This document shows, piece after piece, positions 19,079 through 29,019 of a DNA stretch of 64,000 nt. The DNA lies in the IMG/VR virus record IMGVR_UViG_3300018495_000088, positions 32,001-96,000 of that record. The stretch is one strand, 5' to 3'. This stretch comes from a virus. Its lineage: Duplodnaviria; Caudoviricetes. Position numbers and translations under genes: made by a program. Under the pieces are notes generated by a model. That model was not told the origin of the DNA and did no database searches. It saw only the letters and a list, made by a program, of their open reading frames with translations. Numbering within the stretch: position 1 is the stretch's first letter; each line of letters starts with the position of its first letter.

Positions 19079-22000
19079 ATGGCACTTTCATTTGAAGAAT
19101 CTAAAAAACAACTACTTGCCCAGCAGGCGGCCGAGGCACCAGCTATGTTTATGATGAGAAGAGCGGCTCCTGCCTCGGATTTTTGGATCCCCCATAATGG
19201 GTATAGGTGGTTCGAAGATTATTATGATGATAAGATTTCTACGGTTGATGACAATAAAAATATTTTCGTACATGACTCGCAGGTAAATATTTCCCAGGAA
19301 GTTAACAGCCAATTTGTTCCTTTTGAAATGATGAGACGCTATGACAATATAGATTTGGTTAATATGGCGCTCTCGATACATTTTACAACCAGCGACGGTT
19401 ATCACGGTGCGTCGAACCCTGTGAACGTGGAATATAATGACGAGAAGATTAGATTTGCGTGGCTTGTTGATGAAAAGGTAACTCATGTAGCAGGCAATAT
19501 TAAATTTGAAATTCACGCCGATGGTGCAATTACAGATACCAAAGGTAATTCATACGGATATCGCTGGAAGTCTCAATCTACCGACAAGTTTAATATCGTA
19601 AAGTCCTTGTGCGAAGACCCTAATTGCGAACCCGTAGCTGTTAGCGACGATTGGGTTGTAGAGATAGTTGAGTCTGTCACGGCCTCTGTCGCTGAAAAAA
19701 TAGCGGAGGCTGAAGTTGGAGCAGAAGTTGCAAAAGCCGAGGCCGCAGCCGCAAAAGCTGAAACTGCTGCGAGCAACGCTGAATCTGCAGCGGAAACAGT
19801 TGTAAATAATGCATTGGTTGGTTATAGTACGACTACGGAAATGCAGGAGCAGATTGCGCAAGCAATTGAGAATGCTGATATTGACAATAAGCTTACGGCG
19901 TATGCAAAGACGGAAACTGTTAATGCATTAATCGGAGATATTGGCGAAAGCGAGTCTGTTGTTAGTTATGTTGATAATGCCGTTAAGGGCGTAGATGTCA
20001 CAGAACAGCTAGCTAATTATGCGTTGAAGGATGAAGTTCCAACTAAACTTAGTGAGCTTGAGAATGATGCAGAGTATGTAACTACTAGCGAAATGCAGGA
20101 GGCAATTGACAGCGTTGATGTGTCTGAGCAGTTGGTTGACTATGCTAAAGCTAAGGACGTTGATGATAAGATTTCTGTTGTTCAAACACAAGTTGATACA
20201 AACAAGGGCGATATTTCGGCACTTTCTGGTAAGGTTTCGACCAACGAAACTAATATTGGAGACTTAACTTCCAACGCAACAACATTAAGTACGAAAATTA
20301 CCGACTTGGAAGCCGCAGTTAAAGAGATGGCGGATCAAGCTGGTTATGAATATTATGCAACTTATGGAAAGACCACACTTGAAGCGACTGGCGAGGAGGC
20401 TGAAAACGTCTTTACTTTATATGAAGTGGACGGCAGTTCAGAGTCTGTAAAGAGCCAGTTTGTTATTACGGGTGGCTCTGGGGGCGGAAATGTAGCGGCA
20501 ACTACTCTTACCGTAACGCGCGTCACATCTTCGCCTTTAACTATTACTACGAGCGATAAAGCTATAATTGAGTTTAATTGTACATCTTATGATGCAGACG
20601 GCGAAACCGTTGATTGCTCTTATACTTGGAAAAAGGGCAGTTCTGTTATTATGTCTGGTTCGCTTGCACAAGGTCTTAACACCTTTGATTTGAGTGAGTA
20701 TGTTACAACGGGTACACACAAGTTTACCCTTACTGTTACCGATGAAGGCGGATCTATGTCTGTTAAAACTTGGACCGTTCAGATGGTCGACGTTCACATC
20801 GAATCTTCGTTTAACGATCAAAGAACTTATGTGGCGGGTGATACAGTTAGTTTTACATATACACCCTATGGCGCAATACCAAAGACTGTACATTTTAAGC
20901 TCAATGGTGTTGAACTTGAGTCCGTAAATACTACCGCTTCTGGCTTATTGCAATCTTATACATTGCCTGCGCAGACTCACGGCGCACATTTGCTTGAAGT
21001 TTGGATGACGGCAACTGTAAATAGTGTGGAAATTGAAACACCTCATATTTATAAGGACATCATTTGGTATGATTCTGAGTCGGACATTCCTGTTATTGGA
21101 TGTATTTATCGATATGATTATTACGGCATTGTGGCGGCCCGTCAGTATAATGCAACGGAGATTACTTATGTTGTATATGACCCGTCTGCTGAAAACCCAA
21201 CAGTAATTCGTTATGTTGATGGAGTATCTATTGGCGAACAGACCCTTGAGGGTGCTACCGATACTTGGTCCTATAAGTCTTCTGAAGTTGGCGAAAAAAT
21301 ACTTACCATTGAGTGTGGCGTAACTTCTGTGGAAATCAAACTTGATGTTGCGGAGCTTGGTATTAATATTGAGCCTGTTATAGCAGGTTTGGCATTTGAC
21401 TTTAATCCGACTGGCTATTCCAATAATGACACCGATAGAATTTGGTCTGATGCAAAAACGGGCATAAAGATGTCTGTGTCTGATAATTTTGACTGGACTA
21501 ACGGTGGATATCAGAGAGATGAGAATGGTGACACATATTTCTGTGTAAAGGCTGGCACAACGGCTACTATTAACTACAATCTCTTTGGATCTGATTATGA
21601 CCCCAAGGCAACAGGCAAAGAGTTTAAGTTTGTATTTAAAACCACAAATGTTAAAAAGCGTAGTAGCACTTTCTTGTCTTGTATCGACGGCGAAACTCCC
21701 ATTGGTCTTGATATGAAGGTTGAGAATGCGAAGATTTATGCGAGCAACAAAGAACTTTATGTTCCTTATTGCGAAGAAGATATCATCGAATTTGAGTTTA
21801 ATATTAACAAAGACACCGATATTCCTATGGTTATGACATACGAAGATGGTGTTGCTAATAGACCTTTGATTTATGCAGCCGACTCGTCATTTATGCAACT
21901 TGCGGCACAACCCATTACGATTGGTAGTGCAGACTGTGACGTTCATATTTATCGTATGAAAGCATATGATACGAGCTTGACAGATAAAGAGATTTTGACA

Positions 22001-25000
22001 AACTTTATTGCGGATGCTCGTAATGCAGATGAGATGATTGCAAGATATAATCGCAATCAGATTTATGACGAGAATAACGCATTAACACCTGAGACTTTGG
22101 CTGAAAAATGTCCAGATCTCCGTATCATTATGATTGATGCACCTTGGTTCACCAATGATAAGGATGATAAGGTTGGCGGTACTACTATTCGTCAGATTTA
22201 TAAGGGTGGAGATGCACTATTAGATAACTGGACTTGTACTGGAGCAAAACATAGTGGACAAGGTACTAGTTCTAATAAGTACGGTTACGCAGGTCGTAAC
22301 ATTAGACTTATTATGAATGAAGATGAATCTTTGTTTACATTTAATGGTACAAATGAAGACGGAACTCCTATTACTGGCAAGAAAGTTACCTTTACTAGAG
22401 GCTCGGTTCCTACTGACTATATGAATATCAAAGTCAACATCGCTTCGTCTGAAAACCAAAATAACGCACAGTTTGCTCAGAGATACAATGAGTTCAACCC
22501 CGTTGTTAGACTTGCAAAGGTAGATGATCCGAAGGTTAAAGACACTATGGAGTTTCATAACTGTGTAGTCTTTATTCGTGAGAATGAAGAAGACTTGACG
22601 AAACATAGAGAATTCAATGATACTTCTTGGCATTTTTATGCGATCGGTAATATCGGCGACGATAAGAAGACAGATAAAACCAGGGTTAATGACTCCAAAG
22701 ACCCAAAAGAGTGTATTGTTGAAATTACAGACTTTGATGTGCCTTTAGCAGAATTTCCAACTGGCATTGGTGGTGACTATATTGCCCCCGATGAATTTGT
22801 TGCTGGCAATACTGCGTATGATAACCTATATTCTGAATATGCCTATGATGAAGAGGGTAAATTTAAAGCTTTTGGCGCAGAATCGTATGAATTTAGATAC
22901 GAAATGAAGGGAATTACCGATGAACAGAGACAGGCAAATATTGATGCTTGGCGTGAATTCTATACGTTTGTTATAACTTCTACCGATGAAGAATTTATTA
23001 CAAATATTGAGAATTATTTCGTGCTTGACTCGGCATTATATTATTATCTGTTTACTGAAAGATATTTGATGGTCGATAACAGAGCAAAGAATAGCTTCTG
23101 GCATTATGGTAAATGTGATGATGGTATTTATAGATGGGATTTGTGCTTTGCTTATGATATGGACACCTCTCTTGGTATCGACAACACAGGTAAACTTATC
23201 CTATCATACGGTCAAGAAGATGTAGATAAAGATGCTTCAGGTGCTTACATCTATAGAGCAGCAGAAAGTAATTTCTTCTGCCGTATCAGAGATCTTTTTG
23301 CCGACAGACTCAAGGGTATGTTCCAGAGCCGCGAAAGTCTCGGCGCATGGAGCTCAACAAGTCTAATCAATCAGTGGGATAAAGCACAAAGTCAATTTCC
23401 TGAAGAACTTTGGAGACTCGATATTCAGAGAAAATATCTTAGAACTTATCAAGGAATATCTATTGACAATAGTATCGCGGGTGCTCAGAACCCGATGTTC
23501 TTAGAGCCTATGCTGAATGGTCGAAAGAAGTATCAGCGTAGACAGTTTGAGCGCAACCAAGAATTGTATATGGCAACAAAGTATGTAAGTACTTTTGCTA
23601 AGGATGATTTTATTAGATTGAGATTTAATAATCCAACTAATCCTGTGGTTAAGCAAGATTATACACTTTACCTAACGCCTTATACAGATATGTATATTTC
23701 GGCAGAGTTTGGTAATACTGCACCTATTGTATTTAGAGCAAAAGCTGGTGTCGAATATCCTGTTCGAAGAGAAACCGCTTCCGACACAGCAGATATTGTA
23801 CTTATTTACGGCGCTTCGTTTATTCAGGCGATTGGTGACTTGTCCAAGTGCTATCTTGGAGATAATGACTTTTCGAAGGCATCTCGTTTACAGAGCTTGA
23901 CGATTGGTAGCGACGTTGAAGGATATGAAAATACTTTCATGACTGGACTGGCTCTTGGTAACAATAAGTTACTTGAGTATCTTGATATTCGCAATATTAC
24001 TGGACTAAATAGCGTTGTTGATTTGTCTAACTGTAACAACCTTATCGAACTTCGGGCCGAGGGTTCTGGAGCAACAGGTGTTATTTTTGCAAATGGTGGT
24101 AAGCTTGAAAAAGCTTATATCCCCGCAGTTACATCTCTCACAATGAAGAATCTTAATGACCTTGAGGTTCTTGATATTGCAAGTTATGAAAAACTTCAAA
24201 AACTTGTAGCTGAGAATATTCATAGAATAGATACTCATGCAATTGTTGATGCTTCCGCAAATCTGAACACGGTTAGACTTGTTGGTATTAACTGGTCTAA
24301 GAATCTTAATATTCAAAACACCAATGTTCTTGACAGAATGTCTGATATGCGTGGCGTTGACAATGACGGATATGAAAATAACACCCCTGTTGTTACTGGT
24401 TATATTTGGGTGGCATCTGGCAAAGATAGAGAAATTAGCGAATTTAATGAGTTATGGCCCTATCTTACTATTGAAGCGGATGCTGTTACTAAGCAGTTTA
24501 CGGTTACATTTGTCAATGATGATGGAACCGTATTAGATGTTCAATATGTTGATGCCGAGTCGCTGCCAGTAGATCCTGTCACCAGAGATGAGAATCCAAT
24601 TAGTATACCTACAAAGGCAAGTACTATAAGCACACAATATGAATATACAGGATGGGATTCTAACTTTATTCCTGTTTGGTCTGATCAGATAATCAAGGCC
24701 ACCTATACGGAAAAGGTTAGAGAATATACTGTTCAGTATGTTTCTAACAACAATGTGCTTCAGACTAGTGTTGCACCATATGGTACTATGGTGTCGTATA
24801 ATGGAGAAATTCCAACGTATACTTCGGGAGAAAGCGCACGTAAATATTACTTGTTTGATAGTTGGGATAAGTCTGGTTATGTTGATGGCGATAAGGCTAT
24901 TAATGCAATATTTGATTCGTGTCAGTACGCAGACAAGTATTTTGAAGGGAAAGAGTTATCTTCTCTTCGCCCTGTTGAAGTTTATATGATGACTAAACTT

Positions 25001-26179
25001 AATGCGGCTGGAATAATTTCTATGGCAGACTACATTGGGGCTAAGGATTCGTTGACCATTCAATTAGGTAGCGATGTTAGCTGTTCTGATATTGAAGAGA
25101 AAGTTCTTATTGGAGAAAAAACAGTATTTACTGGCACAAACCATATTGATACAGGCATTAAATTGCTTGCAGAAGATAGGAGTTTTGTTTTAGCCATCGA
25201 TTATAAGATGGATGAAGAAAATGCTGCTGGTGCTGTTTTGGCACAATGCTTCTCAGGACTTGATACAAGCGGTTTCCAGTTAGCATATAATAGCGGGGTA
25301 AAACTTGCATGGGGCAGTTCGTCTATGTCTCCATCGGCTGTTTCAAATCGAGAAATGCTTGTTATTAGGCACATCAAGGGCGAGAATGGCTTGCATGTTT
25401 ATGCTTCTCAAGTAAAAGCAAATGCACCTCTGTATGGGCATTTGAGTGGAGCTCACAATATGGCTCATAATGTGTCTCTGGTGTTTGGTTGCAACAAGCT
25501 CGAAGATGGTTCTTATGAACAATATGGCATGGGAACAATTTATTGGAGTAAAATCTGGTATGCAGATTTGGGTGACGAGATGTGTCATCAACTTGCGTAT
25601 TGGCCGCATGAAGAATTAACACTTGAAGCGTGTTGCGAAACTAATGGTTTATTGAAGCGTAATTATTTAAGTGACAATTCTGGTGCACGTTCTTCTGTAA
25701 CATTTATAGCGTCTACTGTATTATCTCAGCCTATGATTATGGACGAATCTTCATCTTCGAATAATGGCGGATGGAAATCATATTCTCTGAATGAATATTT
25801 GAATAATAGATTATATTATGCATTAGCAAGTCAGTGGAGGCAGCTGATTAAGCAAGTCAAAGTTAAATCTTCGGTTGGTAACAAATCTACTGAAATATCT
25901 AATTCTGATTGTTATATTTTTGTTCCTTCGATTACCGAGCTTGCTTCTAGCGTAACGGGAGAACCTTATGTTAGCGAGGGCACATTAATTAGTCATTTTT
26001 CTTCAAATGAATCGAGAATTTGCCGTACATCTGATGGTAATCCCGTACAGTATTGGACGCGTTCTCCGCATGTTGGTTACACTAATTATGTTCATCGAAT
26101 AGGCGACAATGGTGCACCCCAAGCGGTTACAGTATTAAATACGCAGGATGTTTATGTTAGAATTATGCTTTCTATGTAA
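19079..26179 (+). CDS. Giant multidomain virion fibre/baseplate protein: BppU-like N-term, coiled coil, Ig-like, LamG-like, CotH-kinase-like, LRR, Listeria-Bacteroides repeats, C-terminal DUF6273/CLec-like
   Basis: N-terminal YDNIDL...AGNIKFEI; QGTSS / DNRAKN / YDMDT kinase motifs; LxxLDIxN LRRs; FTVTFVNDDG repeats; C-terminal YWTRSP...VRIMLSM. Confidence 0.8.
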   Translation: MALSFEESKKQLLAQQAAEAPAMFMMRRAAPASDFWIPHNGYRWFEDYYDDKISTVDDNKNIFVHDSQVNISQEVNSQFVPFEMMRRYDNIDLVNMALSIHFTTSDGYHGASNPVNVEYNDEKIRFAWLVDEKVTHVAGNIKFEIHADGAITDTKGNSYGYRWKSQSTDKFNIVKSLCEDPNCEPVAVSDDWVVEIVESVTASVAEKIAEAEVGAEVAKAEAAAAKAETAASNAESAAETVVNNALVGYSTTTEMQEQIAQAIENADIDNKLTAYAKTETVNALIGDIGESESVVSYVDNAVKGVDVTEQLANYALKDEVPTKLSELENDAEYVTTSEMQEAIDSVDVSEQLVDYAKAKDVDDKISVVQTQVDTNKGDISALSGKVSTNETNIGDLTSNATTLSTKITDLEAAVKEMADQAGYEYYATYGKTTLEATGEEAENVFTLYEVDGSSESVKSQFVITGGSGGGNVAATTLTVTRVTSSPLTITTSDKAIIEFNCTSYDADGETVDCSYTWKKGSSVIMSGSLAQGLNTFDLSEYVTTGTHKFTLTVTDEGGSMSVKTWTVQMVDVHIESSFNDQRTYVAGDTVSFTYTPYGAIPKTVHFKLNGVELESVNTTASGLLQSYTLPAQTHGAHLLEVWMTATVNSVEIETPHIYKDIIWYDSESDIPVIGCIYRYDYYGIVAARQYNATEITYVVYDPSAENPTVIRYVDGVSIGEQTLEGATDTWSYKSSEVGEKILTIECGVTSVEIKLDVAELGINIEPVIAGLAFDFNPTGYSNNDTDRIWSDAKTGIKMSVSDNFDWTNGGYQRDENGDTYFCVKAGTTATINYNLFGSDYDPKATGKEFKFVFKTTNVKKRSSTFLSCIDGETPIGLDMKVENAKIYASNKELYVPYCEEDIIEFEFNINKDTDIPMVMTYEDGVANRPLIYAADSSFMQLAAQPITIGSADCDVHIYRMKAYDTSLTDKEILTNFIADARNADEMIARYNRNQIYDENNALTPETLAEKCPDLRIIMIDAPWFTNDKDDKVGGTTIRQIYKGGDALLDNWTCTGAKHSGQGTSSNKYGYAGRNIRLIMNEDESLFTFNGTNEDGTPITGKKVTFTRGSVPTDYMNIKVNIASSENQNNAQFAQRYNEFNPVVRLAKVDDPKVKDTMEFHNCVVFIRENEEDLTKHREFNDTSWHFYAIGNIGDDKKTDKTRVNDSKDPKECIVEITDFDVPLAEFPTGIGGDYIAPDEFVAGNTAYDNLYSEYAYDEEGKFKAFGAESYEFRYEMKGITDEQRQANIDAWREFYTFVITSTDEEFITNIENYFVLDSALYYYLFTERYLMVDNRAKNSFWHYGKCDDGIYRWDLCFAYDMDTSLGIDNTGKLILSYGQEDVDKDASGAYIYRAAESNFFCRIRDLFADRLKGMFQSRESLGAWSSTSLINQWDKAQSQFPEELWRLDIQRKYLRTYQGISIDNSIAGAQNPMFLEPMLNGRKKYQRRQFERNQELYMATKYVSTFAKDDFIRLRFNNPTNPVVKQDYTLYLTPYTDMYISAEFGNTAPIVFRAKAGVEYPVRRETASDTADIVLIYGASFIQAIGDLSKCYLGDNDFSKASRLQSLTIGSDVEGYENTFMTGLALGNNKLLEYLDIRNITGLNSVVDLSNCNNLIELRAEGSGATGVIFANGGKLEKAYIPAVTSLTMKNLNDLEVLDIASYEKLQKLVAENIHRIDTHAIVDASANLNTVRLVGINWSKNLNIQNTNVLDRMSDMRGVDNDGYENNTPVVTGYIWVASGKDREISEFNELWPYLTIEADAVTKQFTVTFVNDDGTVLDVQYVDAESLPVDPVTRDENPISIPTKASTISTQYEYTGWDSNFIPVWSDQIIKATYTEKVREYTVQYVSNNNVLQTSVAPYGTMVSYNGEIPTYTSGESARKYYLFDSWDKSGYVDGDKAINAIFDSCQYADKYFEGKELSSLRPVEVYMMTKLNAAGIISMADYIGAKDSLTIQLGSDVSCSDIEEKVLIGEKTVFTGTNHIDTGIKLLAEDRSFVLAIDYKMDEENAAGAVLAQCFSGLDTSGFQLAYNSGVKLAWGSSSMSPSAVSNREMLVIRHIKGENGLHVYASQVKANAPLYGHLSGAHNMAHNVSLVFGCNKLEDGSYEQYGMGTIYWSKIWYADLGDEMCHQLAYWPHEELTLEACCETNGLLKRNYLSDNSGARSSVTFIASTVLSQPMIMDESSSSNNGGWKSYSLNEYLNNRLYYALASQWRQLIKQVKVKSSVGNKSTEISNSDCYIFVPSITELASSVTGEPYVSEGTLISHFSSNESRICRTSDGNPVQYWTRSPHVGYTNYVHRIGDNGAPQAVTVLNTQDVYVRIMLSM

Positions 26180-26185
26180 AAGGAG

Positions 26186-26509
26186 ATGGCTAAAATGTAT
26201 TATAAGGTTTTAAAAAACAATAAAGTTATTGATGTTTTAGACCGTCTTGATTATGTTAAATATCAATCAAAGCATAAAGCTATGATTGTCTGCCCTCAAC
26301 ATGAGGCGCAGGCAATCATTTCTTCTGACGGCGAATATATTTGGCATGTGCGTGGATTATATAGGGTTCCCGTGGACGGCTACGACACAGTTGAGCTTTT
26401 TGAGATTGATGAATATGAGTATAGACAGTTAAAAGTACTAAACTTAAAGACTCCAGAGGAAATTATCGATGCATATACCTTGATGTTATTGGAGGGCAAT
26501 GTGTTATGA
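26186..26509 (+). CDS. Fibre assembly protein (XkdW-like position)
   Basis: Follows the fibre gene and precedes an XkdX-like gene; ends IIDAYTLMLLEGNVL. Confidence 0.6.
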   Translation: MAKMYYKVLKNNKVIDVLDRLDYVKYQSKHKAMIVCPQHEAQAIISSDGEYIWHVRGLYRVPVDGYDTVELFEIDEYEYRQLKVLNLKTPEEIIDAYTLMLLEGNVL

Positions 26510-26646
26510 ACCAATTTATAAAAAGCTTGACTAGATTATATCAGCATAATAAAGTTGACGAGAAAAAATTAAAAGAATTATTAACGAATAAAAAAATTAA
26601 TCAGCAGGAATACACTTATATTATTTCTGCTAAGAAGGCGGTGTAA
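26506..26646 (+). CDS. XkdX-like small protein (absent from ORF track)
   Basis: MNQFIKSLTRLYQ...KKINQQEYTYII; ATGA overlap with the upstream stop. Confidence 0.7.
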   Translation: MNQFIKSLTRLYQHNKVDEKKLKELLTNKKINQQEYTYIISAKKAV

Positions 26647-26647
26647 T

Positions 26648-27514
26648 ATGTACACTATTTTACTCGGCGAAAGTAATGAGCTTATAACAAGTGTGCGAGA
26701 AAGAATTATGCAGCGCAGCAAACTTGTCGATGCTCTTCATTTTCTTGTAGATCCCACATATAAAGGGATTGATATGTCAGACTTCACAGTGACGATGGAG
26801 TACGTTACGCCCGTTAGTAGAGAGTATCGAACTGAGACTCTTGTGAAGTCTGAGGCGCTGTATAAGGAAAGATTAGAATATAAACTTCCTTTTGATACCG
26901 ATTTAACTAAAGAAGCGGGTAAAATTGAAATAACACTTACATTTACTAAGGTAGAAATGGATCCTGATGGCAATGCTATACAGCGTGTTAGAAAAACAAG
27001 CCCCGCTACTGTTACAATTATTCCTTGCGCCGCTTGGTGCAATGTTGTTCCAGATAGTGCTCTTAGCGCCCTTGACCAGAGACTTCTTAAAGTTGATGCG
27101 GCCATTTCTGCCCTTAATGATATGAGTACTTATCTTGATGATAACAAAGCAGACAATATTATTATTGATATGGAGGCAAACACTATTCAGCTTACTGCAA
27201 ATGGAGCGCCCATAGGAGATAAATGCGAAATGCCTGCCAAAGGACATGATTGCGGCATCGAAAGCTTTGTTATTAGCGTAGATGATGAGATTATTATTAC
27301 TTTGACAACGGGTCAAGTTATTAATCTTGGTCAGGTAATCGGGGCGTCTGGCGCAACTTTTGTTCCGCATATTTCGGATGATCTTATTCTCAGCTGGACA
27401 AACGATAAAAACTTGGAGAACCCCAATCCCGTTGATCTTTCGCCTTTTAATGACTGGGTAGAGCTTGGCGACGATGGTGAAGAATCTACCCAGCATAATT
27501 GGGAATATATTTAA
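26648..27514 (+). CDS. BppU-like fibre anchor protein
   Basis: N-terminal YKGIDMSDF...LTKEAGKIEITLTF BppU-like domain; GATFVPHISDD..LSWTND fibre motif; ends NWEYI. Confidence 0.65.
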   Translation: MYTILLGESNELITSVRERIMQRSKLVDALHFLVDPTYKGIDMSDFTVTMEYVTPVSREYRTETLVKSEALYKERLEYKLPFDTDLTKEAGKIEITLTFTKVEMDPDGNAIQRVRKTSPATVTIIPCAAWCNVVPDSALSALDQRLLKVDAAISALNDMSTYLDDNKADNIIIDMEANTIQLTANGAPIGDKCEMPAKGHDCGIESFVISVDDEIIITLTTGQVINLGQVIGASGATFVPHISDDLILSWTNDKNLENPNPVDLSPFNDWVELGDDGEESTQHNWEYI

Positions 27515-27572
27515 TTGGTAATGACAGTTAAATCTGTTGTTATAAAATATTTTTAGAAAGGAAGGTGAAAAC

Positions 27573-28955
27573 ATGGCAAACGTGCGTTTTCTGAGTGTAA
27601 AATTACGCTCAACATTTGATGCGCTACTTACCAAAGAAGCAAATGCCTTGTATTGGATTGAGGAAACTCAAGAATTATACAAGGGCTCGACGCTTTATGG
27701 CACTGGTGCACTCGTAACGGATAAAGTCGCTGGACTTCTGTCGCCCGAAGACTATGTTAAGTTTCAGGAACTTACGGCTTCTGGTGGCGGACTTAGCAAT
27801 TTAAAGCCTGTTGATGGAACCATTAGTATTCTTGATGATGCTAATGGCGGCAAAACTATTAGCGTGGCTATCTCGCCTGACGTTGGAAACCAGCTTGTTG
27901 CTGTTGAAGGCGGTTTGTTCGTTCCTACGGCAGTTGTACCTGAGTACTCTATCGAGAGGCAGACAGAAGCAGAAGATGGGTTTGCAGTCAGCTATAAGCT
28001 GAAGAAGACTGTCGACGGCGTCGAATTCTATGTAGGAGACACTATTAACATCGCTCGCGACCTCGTATTGAAAAGAGCAACCCTTGAAACAGTAATTGAG
28101 GATGGTGTTCCTTATGAAGAGGCGAAAGTCGGTGATCCTTACATTAAAATGGAGTTTAATGATGCTAATACATCTAATCTCTATATTCCTGTTAAGGGTC
28201 TTGTAGACAATTATTCTGCGGGGTCTGGCATCGAAATTATTGATAACGAAATTAACATTAAGCTTGCCGATGTGTCTCACGGTCTGCATTTTGTGGACGG
28301 CGCTATGTCTCTTGCTCTTGCAACTCGCAAGGTTGATGGTGCTATGTCTAAGGAAGACAAACTTATCATTGATTCTATTCCTTCTGTTTATGTAGCACGC
28401 AAGTATGACATCACGGACACTCCTGAGGGAACACTTGTAAACTACGGTGAGAAGGAAATCCGTGTTATGTGTCCTGCTGATGCAAAATTCGTTAAACAAA
28501 CCGTTGGCGCCAATGGCAATCCCAATATGTATTATATGACATTCAAGGCGTATGCTCCTGAGGGTGCCGTAAGCTTTAAAGAGGGCGACAGAGGTGTTAT
28601 TATTGATGAAATACATACCTTCGATGATTCTGCTGCAGGAGTAGATGAGTTTGGTCGCAAATATAGCGTTGTTTGGCTTGCTCTCGCATCTTATGACCCC
28701 GCTTCTGATACTTGGACTTATTTTGGTAAGAATTCTTCTGAATCTAAGTATATTGGTTGGGATTACGTGGTAGAGTGGTATGGCGAGAACGGCAAGATTG
28801 CTTGCGATTCTATTCGTATCAATCTTAGTAATGAAGATTGTCATAACAATACTAAGCCTTACTATATGGCTAATTATGTCACCTCTGTTGAGGTAGACGA
28901 ACTCAAGGAGTCTGTTTATGAAATTGAACGGGCTAATACTTGGGGCGAATTATAA
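27573..28955 (+). CDS. Fibre segment protein
   Basis: Mtd_N-like N-terminus; AGLLSPED and DGAMSKEDK fibre motifs; ends TWGEL. Confidence 0.7.
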   Translation: MANVRFLSVKLRSTFDALLTKEANALYWIEETQELYKGSTLYGTGALVTDKVAGLLSPEDYVKFQELTASGGGLSNLKPVDGTISILDDANGGKTISVAISPDVGNQLVAVEGGLFVPTAVVPEYSIERQTEAEDGFAVSYKLKKTVDGVEFYVGDTINIARDLVLKRATLETVIEDGVPYEEAKVGDPYIKMEFNDANTSNLYIPVKGLVDNYSAGSGIEIIDNEINIKLADVSHGLHFVDGAMSLALATRKVDGAMSKEDKLIIDSIPSVYVARKYDITDTPEGTLVNYGEKEIRVMCPADAKFVKQTVGANGNPNMYYMTFKAYAPEGAVSFKEGDRGVIIDEIHTFDDSAAGVDEFGRKYSVVWLALASYDPASDTWTYFGKNSSESKYIGWDYVVEWYGENGKIACDSIRINLSNEDCHNNTKPYYMANYVTSVEVDELKESVYEIERANTWGEL

Positions 28956-29019
28956 TTAAATACTTAAACAATATTAATAATTATTAAAACAAAATTTTAA
29001 TTTTTAGGAGGAAATTATC

